This document shows, in pieces, positions 8,494 through 16,422 of a DNA stretch of 64,000 nucleotides. Within the stretch, counting starts at the first letter, position 1. The number at the start of each line of letters is the position of its first letter. The position numbers and the translations under genes are program-made. Source of the stretch: a phage; NCBI GenBank assembly GCA_024449565.1, contig GCA_024449565.1_4810.1. The stretch is one strand, 5' to 3'. Under the pieces are notes generated by a model that worked only from the letters and a program-made list of their open reading frames with translations, had not been told where the DNA came from and made no database searches.

Positions 8494-8718
8494 AATAAAA
8501 CTCCCGATGCTAGTAGAAGGAAGGGCCATCACCCGTCTCGATACAAACAAGTATACGCGAGTGTACGAAGAAGTAAAGAAAAAAGATAAAATAATTTATC
8601 TCATTTTTATCGAAAAAGTGCTTTACTTTTTTCTACACTATATTATAATGTACTCATATCGGGACGGGATGAGTTAACGAATAGGTCGTTAACGCCCGTC
8701 GAGAACTAGGAGTTTAAA
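8494..8718. promoter_or_regulatory. divergent intergenic control region
   Basis: Lies between divergent starts 8493 (minus) and 8719 (plus); contains inverted pair of the AGTGTAC...GTAAAG element and a tattataat -10-like box. Confidence 0.45.
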
Positions 8719-9003
8719 ATGGCTATTCTTAACGTTTCTTCCATCCGTAACGCTATCGTCGAGAACTACGGCGTAAAACAAATTTTATCCGAAGTTTACG
8801 CCGCGAACGTAGACCAAACTATCGAGGCGGGTGGGGTAACGGTCGCCGAGGCTTTTAAACTTTACGCGGCGCTACCGGAATCGGACCGCGAAGCCTTCGA
8901 AGTAAACGTTAACGGATACTTCTTCGAAGCGGTCGAAATCGGTAACATCTTACTCGTTATGGGCGAAGAAGAATTTGATACCTTCTCCCTCGTCGAAGCG
9001 TAA
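8719..9003 (+). CDS. small acidic protein, paralog family member 2 (94 aa)
   Basis: AGGAG RBS; CpG-rich codon usage; homologous to the 7793-8083 product. Confidence 0.6.
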   Translation: MAILNVSSIRNAIVENYGVKQILSEVYAANVDQTIEAGGVTVAEAFKLYAALPESDREAFEVNVNGYFFEAVEIGNILLVMGEEEFDTFSLVEA

Positions 9004-9083
9004 GAGAGGATTTTTAGAGCGTCGTGCGCGGCGCTTTAATAAAATTCTTTCGCGCCTAGCGCCCTAACAAATAGGAGTTCATT

Positions 9084-9710
9084 ATGGTTAGCTTAAATCG
9101 TTTCTCGACTAGCGGCGACGTTATCGCAACTAAGACCGCCGACCTCGTTGCATTTTATAATGCAAATTCAGGTTCGAAGCCGATTAAAAAATTTGCGGAC
9201 CGCCGGACCGCCGAGACTCGCGTAATCGCGCTAATCGAGTCCTTAAACGCGCTCGATGAGCCGTCCAACGAATCGCCAATCCCCGACGCGAAGCCGCGCG
9301 AGGAAGTGTCCAGCGATGTAAAAACGCATAAGGCGCGTGCGGTCGTTAAAAAGGCAGAGCCGACGCAGGAAGAACTCGACGCGATGAGCGATGAAGAGTA
9401 TGAAGCCTTCGTTAAGAGCGGCTTAAACGATAGTGCAAATTGCGTAGTGCAAAATGGAACTCCTTCCCATCGCCGTTCGAATAGCGAAGGTATTGCAAAA
9501 AGTTGGGACAATAAGGAAGTGGCGCAAAAGCGTCTCACCCGTAACGGCGTTATGGTCGAGGGTGTAGGAGAGTTCAAATCGGTCCGCGCAGCTTTCGCCG
9601 CGCTGGGATTACCGGATAGCAAGCACATTCGCTTCCGTATGAAGCTTAAGGAAGCTGGGCGCTTGAACTTCGAGTTCGGCAACAAGTCCTTTACCTTCCA
9701 GATTATCTAA
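9084..9710 (+). CDS. hypothetical protein (208 aa)
   Basis: AGGAG RBS; CpG-rich codon usage; two internal copies of the TAGTGCAAA(T/A) motif. Confidence 0.6.
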   Translation: MVSLNRFSTSGDVIATKTADLVAFYNANSGSKPIKKFADRRTAETRVIALIESLNALDEPSNESPIPDAKPREEVSSDVKTHKARAVVKKAEPTQEELDAMSDEEYEAFVKSGLNDSANCVVQNGTPSHRRSNSEGIAKSWDNKEVAQKRLTRNGVMVEGVGEFKSVRAAFAALGLPDSKHIRFRMKLKEAGRLNFEFGNKSFTFQII

Positions 9711-9760
9711 TCGAATGGCGGCCCTTCGGGGTCGCTTTTCATAGTGCAAATTGGTGGCTT

Positions 9761-10024
9761 ATGAATACGCTTATTCTCATCGCTACGTTGTCCATCGGAA
9801 GTGGTCGCACCTTATCCCTTTATGACCATAGTGCAAATTGCGCCTATCCTACGCGCGTTGCGGCGATAGTTAATAGTGCAAATAAGATGCTATTCGAGAC
9901 TTGCTGGAGGGTCGATAACGAGAAAGGTCGGGTAGTCTTAGGCTATAGTGCAAATCTGCTGGTGGAGTCGTTCGATTGGACGGTTGAAGGTCGTAAATTG
10001 TTACGTAAAGTGACTAAAAGATGA
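9761..10024 (+). CDS. questionable ORF (87 aa) carrying three in-frame motif copies
   Basis: Weak RBS; three in-frame AGT-GCA-AAT (Ser-Ala-Asn) copies of the motif; may be non-coding. Confidence 0.3.
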   Translation: MNTLILIATLSIGSGRTLSLYDHSANCAYPTRVAAIVNSANKMLFETCWRVDNEKGRVVLGYSANLLVESFDWTVEGRKLLRKVTKR

Positions 10025-10085
10025 CTTATAATAATACACTTTCTAACGCGTTTATGGTTACAACCTTCCCCGTCGTATTACCGAT

Positions 10086-10125
10086 GGCCCTAGAAGTGGA
10101 GAAAATGTGTTCTAGGGCCGTTTTA
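10086..10125 (+). terminator. terminator-like hairpin (10-bp perfect stem) between convergent genes
   Basis: ggccctagaa ... ttctagggcc with 14-nt loop, then gtttta; immediately followed by a motif copy. Confidence 0.45.
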
Positions 10126-10138
10126 TAGTGCAAATTGG

Positions 10139-10612
10139 CTAGTGGCGGGAGAATTGCTCTCCTTCTTTGGCCGCCTCTCCAAAATCCTTGTAGAAATCAT
10201 CCATGGAACGGCCCATTTTACTATTGCCATTTTCATCAATCATCGTGATGCCGTAGATGATATTCAGTTCACGAATGGCATTAAGTTTGGCTGATGCCGC
10301 GACTTCTGGATCACGCACAAGCTTCACTAGATTGTGGATGGAACTCTTTACGCTCCACAATTCCTTCAATGGCATCTCTTCCATACGCTTTTTGTAGCGC
10401 ATCTTGTAGTACGGATTGCGCTGAGTGCACAGGATTCGCTGGCCAGTGTAGTTATCGGTCGCAACCTCCATGCCAAATACTAGTGCAAAAGCTGCGCGCA
10501 TGTCATGGCCTTGAATAACAAGGTCAATGAACTCATCGAATAATGCCTGATTATGCTCTGCAAATCGCGGGTCTTCAAAGTCTTCAGGCATTGCTACATA
10601 ATCTTGACTCAT
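10139..10612 (-). CDS. hypothetical acidic protein (157 aa)
   Basis: Start moved to internal ATG at 10612 (MSQDYVAMPEDFED...); two motif copies abut the start on the other strand. Normal (non-island) composition. Confidence 0.5.
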   Translation of the reverse strand: MSQDYVAMPEDFEDPRFAEHNQALFDEFIDLVIQGHDMRAAFALVFGMEVATDNYTGQRILCTQRNPYYKMRYKKRMEEMPLKELWSVKSSIHNLVKLVRDPEVAASAKLNAIRELNIIYGITMIDENGNSKMGRSMDDFYKDFGEAAKEGEQFSRH

Positions 10613-10693
10613 AGTGCAAATCCCATAGTGCAAATTAATAGTGTGAATTATACAATGAATGAACATTATATTCAAGTGCAGATTGATGTTCAA

Positions 10694-11453
10694 ATTGGCT
10701 GTAAACGTACATAAATCATAGTGCTAAATGAATAGCGGACCGTGATGCGTGGTGTACTGTTTGATACGTATAAAAGAAATCCATCCCTTTCGCCGCTTGC
10801 TATGCAAATCAATGACTTAGCCGCTGCTGGCTGGTTGAAGCGTATCATGACGTATCATCCGTATTGCCGCAAGTCTTTGTTTTTACTTATATCTTACGGA
10901 TAATACGTATAAATATAAGTTCAGTATAAGTATGAGGATGTAGAAAAAAATTAATTTAAATTAATTCAAAATGGAGTTAATTGTTTTTTTCAAAGTTGTA
11001 TAAAGTATAGCGGCGACGCGTATCATCCGTATCATCCGTAAGATGTACCATTGAACCCAGTCGCGGCGCACCATAGAAGTGTGTGGAGTGAACTACGGAT
11101 AGGTCCAAATCTTACGTCATTATACGTTTAAATTCTATGCGTAAGGTTAGCCAGCTAACTATATCTCCTTTTTAATTTCAAGCGGCAATCCCAGAGACGG
11201 CGCACCATGTACACAAACACACCACGGTACACGCTCCAATTCCTAGTGATTTCCTCTCCAATCCCACAACACCACAGTACAATAATCTTCCAAAACCGCA
11301 CACATATTCAAGACGCAAAATTCACGTCACAATCCTCACTACCAACGACACTCTAATAGATTTACACAAATCAATCGATTTATCCGATAATAAAGACTCA
11401 CATTCCACAGGCAAATAAAAAGGGCCAATCGGCCCTCTTAACATTAATCATAA
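10694..11453. other. 760-bp non-coding region with iteron-like repeats, AT-rich dyad and strand-skewed CA-rich tract
   Basis: No ORF of 60 aa or more on either strand; CGTATCATCCGTA-type repeats at 10841-10870 and 11018-11040; AT-rich tract 10943-10991; CCCAGnnnCGGCGCACCAT at 11056-11074 and 11189-11207; G-poor tract about 11208-11400. Confidence 0.5.
11408..11437 (-). terminator. intrinsic terminator downstream of the 11454-11906 gene
   Basis: gggcc/ggccc stem with T-run on the minus strand (ctttttatttgcctg). Confidence 0.5.
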
Positions 11454-11906
11454 TTAAAATATAAAATTCTTCACTCCAAGCCTTTTAAATTCTTTCCTTA
11501 ACATCATATTAAACTTCTTCAATTTAGTTTTATTCATCCTTAGCGGATTGTAGGTGAACACCTTTTCTATTACTTCCTCACTCATTTTTGAGCGCATATT
11601 AGTTGCGTAATAGTTCTTGAACGTATAAATAAGGTAATTTGCTTCAAGCTTAAGTTCAATTACTTCCTCCGATTCATCAAGCTCAAGCAATCCTCTTTGC
11701 GTAAGAATATCTCTTAATATATCCTGACATTTCTTGCAATCACCTTTGCCTAAAAGCGAGTCGATGTAATCGCCGCTGACGCGCTCATCACCGAAGTATG
11801 TTGCGCGACCACAAAGGCTTTGCACTTCTCCTTCGTCAAAGTAGTGCGCGCGATGAGCCCACTTCGGTATGGCCCAACCAGCGGCGATAAGCTTATTACC
11901 CATCAC
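11454..11906 (-). CDS. hypothetical protein (150 aa)
   Basis: ORF track; 4-bp overlap with upstream gene. Confidence 0.55.
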   Translation of the reverse strand: MMGNKLIAAGWAIPKWAHRAHYFDEGEVQSLCGRATYFGDERVSGDYIDSLLGKGDCKKCQDILRDILTQRGLLELDESEEVIELKLEANYLIYTFKNYYATNMRSKMSEEVIEKVFTYNPLRMNKTKLKKFNMMLRKEFKRLGVKNFIF

Positions 11907-12502
11907 CCCTCCTTAACGACCCGATAAGCGATGATGTCTGAACCATAGCCAAGCAACGTTCTGTTCCAACCGATGCAGTCAGAAAAGACATCGTTAGCGA
12001 CAATGCCGTCTCTGTATTTGACGTCTACCCGTTTCCCAGGCACCGGATTCTCACCGCCATGCCACGCTGTCCAAGCATCACCATCATTGCTCTTGACAAC
12101 ACGATAAGCAGCAATGTCGCTGCCATTTAACGCTCCTATATGGCCCCAGTGAAGATGGTCAGAAAGTCTTGATAAAACTTTATCAGCCCCATCACGCAGC
12201 TTGTATTCAACAATCTCGCCAGGCACCGGATTCAAGCCACCAAACCACACATTCCACGCTTCTTCCTTCGGCGCATCCTCATCCACGCCTATAGTAGCAA
12301 CGACGTCGTGCAACTGCTTAACAAGCGCCGACGCATCACGGACCTGTGAGCGTAATGCAACCAACTCGCGTTGCGCTTCACTGTATTTCGCTTCCAGCGC
12401 GGCATAGTCCTCATATTCAACATAGCCGCCTTCATCATCCTTTACAACTTCGCAGGTGCAAGCGTGCTGCGTGCAATAATCAACATCGTAACGTTGTATC
12501 AT
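11903..12502 (-). CDS. hypothetical protein with two copies of a GGxNPVPG...DIIAYRVV repeat domain (199 aa)
   Basis: Internal ~55-aa duplication; N-terminal coiled-coil-like segment. Confidence 0.6.
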   Translation of the reverse strand: MIQRYDVDYCTQHACTCEVVKDDEGGYVEYEDYAALEAKYSEAQRELVALRSQVRDASALVKQLHDVVATIGVDEDAPKEEAWNVWFGGLNPVPGEIVEYKLRDGADKVLSRLSDHLHWGHIGALNGSDIAAYRVVKSNDGDAWTAWHGGENPVPGKRVDVKYRDGIVANDVFSDCIGWNRTLLGYGSDIIAYRVVKEG

Positions 12503-12993
12503 TTTAACTTCTCCAAAATTCCAATAGCGATTTGCGTCTGTTTCTCAAGCGCAAGACGCAGTATGTCAATTTGCAAGTCACGATGGGCCAGTTCAGCGGC
12601 GATGTCAGACTTGCTGTAAAGTCCTTCATGAGTCATGGCATAGATGTGGCGTGTATAATAGCCGCCCTCGTCGAGTTGCTCGATGTCACGTTGCCCGACT
12701 GCGTATTGGTCATCGGTCGATGGCGCTTGGTCCTGAATTTTAATTGCCGTCACTTCCTTTAATGAATCGCGTGATGCTGGCCTGTTCTCTTCGAACATCT
12801 TTCCATCACCAATTTGCTTGCACCAAAGCGAATCGCCGATTGCGTATCCCCACTGGCCGCAACAATCGTTCCATGCAGGCTTCCCCTCATACGCCCAGAT
12901 GGTTCCGTTAGAGTCACGTGCAACGAATTTTGCACGAGCGTCTATTTCGTATTCTTTGCCTTCAAAATTGATGCGTTGCGTTTTGTTAGTCAT
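12499..12993 (-). CDS. hypothetical protein (164 aa)
   Basis: ORF track; 4-bp overlaps with both neighbours. Confidence 0.55.
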   Translation of the reverse strand: MTNKTQRINFEGKEYEIDARAKFVARDSNGTIWAYEGKPAWNDCCGQWGYAIGDSLWCKQIGDGKMFEENRPASRDSLKEVTAIKIQDQAPSTDDQYAVGQRDIEQLDEGGYYTRHIYAMTHEGLYSKSDIAAELAHRDLQIDILRLALEKQTQIAIGILEKLK

Positions 12994-13322
12994 GATGCAT
13001 CCTTAGTTGGATAGAATTTAGGGTTTTTCTTATAGAACGCCTTGAGCCATGCCTTTGCTTCGGCAATGCTGCTGAACTCTTCCTTGGAGAGTCCGGTGCG
13101 GTCCTCGCCTGCGACCTTGAAATGGATGCGCACCTTGAGCCGAAGGTTGGTTGCTCTCGCGTAGTGGCCTTCATAGCCGTCATGATTAAGACTTACTATC
13201 GCGGCGAGCATCTCGCAGTCTTCTTTATCGGGATTGCCGCTGTAACAAATCGGCCAGCCGCGACGTTGGAATGACCTGTATTGGCCTGTCGGCTCAGGGT
13301 CCACGTACCATTTCAATTTCAT
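12990..13322 (-). CDS. hypothetical protein (110 aa)
   Basis: ORF track; 4-bp overlaps. Confidence 0.55.
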   Translation of the reverse strand: MKLKWYVDPEPTGQYRSFQRRGWPICYSGNPDKEDCEMLAAIVSLNHDGYEGHYARATNLRLKVRIHFKVAGEDRTGLSKEEFSSIAEAKAWLKAFYKKNPKFYPTKDAS

Positions 13323-13642
13323 TCAAATTTCTCCGTCTCTTTAATGCACTGTAATACCTCTTCGATGCCCACTTCAACTTGCACATCGCTTTGACGCATC
13401 TCATCGATGAATTCATCTTCACAGCGTATCGGGTTATGCATCGTTGATATTTCAAACACCTCAACGTGACTGACCAGCGGCAAAAGGTGCTTCCTTACTA
13501 ATTTGATTAAAACGTCGTGCGAGTCCTTGTCTTTTATTTCTGATTCAATATTATTTTCTTCACAGAAAAGTGACACTGTGTCACCATCCATGAATCCGAA
13601 CTTAGATGCAAGCGATTGCGCGCGCAAGTTAAGAGTTTTCAT
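13319..13642 (-). CDS. hypothetical acidic protein (107 aa)
   Basis: ORF track; 4-bp overlaps. Confidence 0.55.
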   Translation of the reverse strand: MKTLNLRAQSLASKFGFMDGDTVSLFCEENNIESEIKDKDSHDVLIKLVRKHLLPLVSHVEVFEISTMHNPIRCEDEFIDEMRQSDVQVEVGIEEVLQCIKETEKFE

Positions 13643-13980
13643 TTGACCTTCTCCAATTGGAATCTTGTTTCTGGAAAGCCTGCGACAAACATGTCACGGC
13701 CCTCGACATCACGCTTCACGAACCAACGCATTCCGCTTACTACCGTGAAGACAATTTGCCTTCCATCAATAATAAGTCCTTTTGCTTCATAAAGCAAATA
13801 GGTCTGACCGACTTTGAAGCTGGACAGCTCTTTGCTTGCGCTGGTGCACTTGAGCCGCCACTGGGTGAGATTGGATTCGCTCGCCTCGATGTCAACAACC
13901 TTACCGCGCAGCGGCGATGTGCGCTGAAGTTCGGCCATTTGTTCATCAAATGTCAGCTCACGGCCTTCTTGCTCTTCCAT
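13639..13980 (-). CDS. hypothetical protein (113 aa)
   Basis: ORF track; overlapping neighbours. Confidence 0.55.
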   Translation of the reverse strand: MEEQEGRELTFDEQMAELQRTSPLRGKVVDIEASESNLTQWRLKCTSASKELSSFKVGQTYLLYEAKGLIIDGRQIVFTVVSGMRWFVKRDVEGRDMFVAGFPETRFQLEKVK

Positions 13981-14480
13981 TATTCCTCCACGACGCGATA
14001 AGCAATGATGTCATACCCCGATTCTTTATGACTCCAACGGCATTTTTCGGATTCTGAAGGAAAAATCGTCTTTGTGCCTTGCCTTATTGCCACGCGGACT
14101 AATTTACCAGGCACAGGATTGCAGCCGCCAGCCCATTCAATCCAGCCGTCACTCGCCATCGGTTTATCCTTCAAGCACTCATGCTTCTCACCGATGTGGG
14201 CGACAGGTTGACGGCTTCCGTGATAGAATGCAAGCGCAACATCATGGCTTGGGTGAGTATTAGAAAGGCAAATGTCATCACACCAAAGCTCCATGGTGCG
14301 CGACTTAAGGGTCATGATATTGATATACCACTCGATGGTGTAGTGGTCATTAAGGTTGCCAACGATATAGAAGTTGCGACAAAACACCTTATCGCTATCT
14401 GACTTCTCGCGACGATAGCTTTTGATTGCGCCTGCCTTTACGGCCATTTCCAGTACTGCTTCGAGTTGTTCGATTTTCAT
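13980..14480 (-). CDS. hypothetical protein with one C-terminal GGxNPVPG...DIIAYRVV repeat domain (166 aa)
   Basis: C-terminal 55 aa match the repeat in 11903-12502. Confidence 0.55.
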   Translation of the reverse strand: MKIEQLEAVLEMAVKAGAIKSYRREKSDSDKVFCRNFYIVGNLNDHYTIEWYINIMTLKSRTMELWCDDICLSNTHPSHDVALAFYHGSRQPVAHIGEKHECLKDKPMASDGWIEWAGGCNPVPGKLVRVAIRQGTKTIFPSESEKCRWSHKESGYDIIAYRVVEE

Positions 14481-14713
14481 TTCTTTACTCCGAGTTCAAT
14501 TTGATAGCCGATTAACAATTCATTTTCGCCGATGGTAAATGCATCGACTGGCTGCGACATCACCGCTTTTAAATATACCTTCTTGCGCCGCTTTGCCTTG
14601 TACAAACAACGGTCGCCGCTGCGGTTGTAAATATTAAGCCAGGTGCGTTTACTAATCTTATGAGGCACATGCGGCTTGATGAATAATAAACGGGCTTTAA
14701 GATTTGATGTCAT
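14477..14713 (-). CDS. hypothetical basic protein (78 aa)
   Basis: ORF track; 4-bp overlap with downstream gene. Confidence 0.45.
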   Translation of the reverse strand: MTSNLKARLLFIKPHVPHKISKRTWLNIYNRSGDRCLYKAKRRKKVYLKAVMSQPVDAFTIGENELLIGYQIELGVKK

Positions 14714-15005
14714 AATATTTCCCTCCAGCCATATTCTCTTTAATTTCTTTTAATGCTGCACGACCTTTCTTTGTCATCACGACTGATGAATATCGGGTGG
14801 GGTCTTTCTCTCCTGGCACTTTCCAGTCAACAAGGCCCAGCCGGAATAAGACAGGAATTGATGGCGCGTTAACGTCGTGAAACAGTGAAGGCCGTTTCTC
14901 ATAAGCCTTCTTGCAGTCGCCGCGCAACATGTATGATGTGCTGTCTTCCATGCGATATAAGGTCTGAATCTGGGCTAGGCTTAATCTCATTGCTGTCTTC
15001 TCCAA
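14697..15005 (-). CDS. hypothetical protein (102 aa)
   Basis: ORF track. Confidence 0.5.
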   Translation of the reverse strand: MEKTAMRLSLAQIQTLYRMEDSTSYMLRGDCKKAYEKRPSLFHDVNAPSIPVLFRLGLVDWKVPGEKDPTRYSSVVMTKKGRAALKEIKENMAGGKYYDIKS

Positions 15006-15172
15006 ACTGCGTGTAATGTTTTCTGGTCGAACTTGGACAACGTTTCACGCTCCGAAGCCTTAAGGAATCGCGTGCCAAAGAACAGCATGCCTTGCGGCGT
15101 TTTAACGAGAGACACGCCTTTGTTACGGTAAAAGCTTACCATTGCTGAAGCGTTATGGACTTCGGTACTCAT
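14987..15172 (-). CDS. hypothetical protein (61 aa)
   Basis: ORF track; short, overlaps neighbour by 19 nt. Confidence 0.4.
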   Translation of the reverse strand: MSTEVHNASAMVSFYRNKGVSLVKTPQGMLFFGTRFLKASERETLSKFDQKTLHAVWRRQQ

Positions 15173-15174
15173 AA

Positions 15175-15477
15175 TTAAATCCCCTTAAAAACAAAGCCGC
15201 TGATAACAGATTGATAGTAGGTCACGCCGCGCACCTCTACAACCTTGCAGCGATGGGCCTGGCCCTTATATTCTATCCACCAGACTTCCATATCAGGCAA
15301 GTTGTTGCGACGCGTCAACCAGCCGTGAAACAGCTTGTATGTTTCGCCGACCTTAAAAGGTTTCAGCGTACCGTAAGAATCAACCTTGAATGCGCAGACA
15401 ACATCTTTGCTGTCTTTGTGTACAGCGTCATGAAATAATCCGCTTCTGCCAAACCTTTCGTCGTAACTCATAATCAT
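15175..15477 (-). CDS. hypothetical protein (100 aa)
   Basis: AGGAGA RBS; preceded by the 29-bp repeat element. Confidence 0.55.
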   Translation of the reverse strand: MIMSYDERFGRSGLFHDAVHKDSKDVVCAFKVDSYGTLKPFKVGETYKLFHGWLTRRNNLPDMEVWWIEYKGQAHRCKVVEVRGVTYYQSVISGFVFKGI

Positions 15478-15516
15478 TCTCCTTTGCTTGATGAACTAAG
15501 TATAATACAGGCAAAT

Positions 15517-15545
15517 AAAAAGGCAAGCATTTAGCTCACCTTTTT
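15517..15545 (-). promoter_or_regulatory. 29-bp repeat element: imperfect terminator hairpin with sigma70-like promoter (copy A)
   Basis: Minus strand reads aaaaaggtgagctaaatgcttgccttttt then tgcctgTATTATACT; identical 28-29 bp at 16770-16797. Confidence 0.45.
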
Positions 15546-15548
15546 GAA

Positions 15549-15809
15549 TTAAATATTCTTCGCCTCTTCGTGAAGTCCGACCGACCTTAGTTTGCGCCGC
15601 AAGTAAGCTTTCTTTTCGCTCTCCCGCCCTTTCGGAGTAACGCGCCAGCGTAATGTGTTCTCCAGATTCTTGCGTCGGTTGTGCTCGTCGAGTAGCTCTA
15701 CCAGTGCCTTTGCGTCGTCGAGTGTTAACACCACGGGCCGCGACCCATTAACGGCTTGTCGAAGCTTCCGCGCGGCAACGGCCAACTTGGTCATCGGACC
15801 CTTGTTCAC
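15549..15809 (-). CDS. hypothetical basic protein (86 aa)
   Basis: ORF track; 4-bp overlap with upstream gene. Confidence 0.5.
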   Translation of the reverse strand: MNKGPMTKLAVAARKLRQAVNGSRPVVLTLDDAKALVELLDEHNRRKNLENTLRWRVTPKGRESEKKAYLRRKLRSVGLHEEAKNI

Positions 15810-16189
15810 GGCAACTCCTTATTCATAGGCGTGATAGACAACACCTTCACTTCAGTGATGTCACGGTTGTATTGGCGCTTGATTTGTAGAATCTGAGATT
15901 GGATGCGCGCAATAAAGTGCGACGTGATTCCTTCCTTAACGTTAATCAAGGCCGCAAGCTGAATTGAGTCGATGTCGCTTCTCAATGTTGTTGGACAGTA
16001 AATCGTACTTGGTGCGCCGTAAGCCCGTTGCACTTCATAAGCAGAAGCTTTGAATGACACAAGAAACATTCTTTCTTCAAGTTGGCTTTCGCTTCTTGGA
16101 TTCTTATCGCAACCAGACATGTGTTTCACAAACTCTTCATGCGGAAGGTGCATGACGTCGTGGCAATAAGGGCAGCGTTTCATTCTCAT
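15806..16189 (-). CDS. hypothetical zinc-finger-like protein (127 aa)
   Basis: N-terminal CPYCHx(n)HxxxxC cluster. Confidence 0.5.
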   Translation of the reverse strand: MRMKRCPYCHDVMHLPHEEFVKHMSGCDKNPRSESQLEERMFLVSFKASAYEVQRAYGAPSTIYCPTTLRSDIDSIQLAALINVKEGITSHFIARIQSQILQIKRQYNRDITEVKVLSITPMNKELP

Positions 16190-16422
16190 TTTGCATACTC
16201 CATAGCATATTGCTGCAGCTTAAATGCAGCCTTGTTCAATTGTTTGTGCCTTGCGTACAAGCGCTCACGTTCTTCTTCAGGGCAATCGGCACGAAGAATA
16301 GTCATGGCAATACTTGACATCGCATTAAGGGTGCGCTGAAAAGCCGACACCATGCGCAGCTCATTACGCTTGTTGAAAGACAACTTACCCAGCGCGACAT
16401 TCATAATTGCACCTCGACACAC
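16186..16422 (-). CDS. hypothetical protein (78 aa)
   Basis: ORF track; 4-bp overlap. Confidence 0.5.
   Translation of the reverse strand: MCRGAIMNVALGKLSFNKRNELRMVSAFQRTLNAMSSIAMTILRADCPEEERERLYARHKQLNKAAFKLQQYAMEYAK

Larger units (their letters stand above)
9431..10635 (+). repeat. dispersed same-orientation motif cluster, core ATAGTGCAAAT (at least 9 copies)
   Basis: Copies near 9431, 9445 (variant), 9742, 9829, 9874, 9946, 10126, 10481 (variant), 10612, 10626, all on the plus strand. Confidence 0.8.

Noticed and set aside
10139-10612. Small terminase identity for the 157-aa acidic protein next to the iteron region
   Set aside because: Only size and position beside a repeat-rich region support it; it is 8 kb from the large terminase on a different transcription unit and has no recognisable DNA-binding motif.
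7175-11453. tRNA genes in the long non-coding stretches (7175-7750 and 10694-11453)
   Set aside because: No GTTCGAATC/GTTCAAATC-type T-loop with a matching acceptor stem was seen by eye; this was not checked with tRNAscan and remains possible at low probability.
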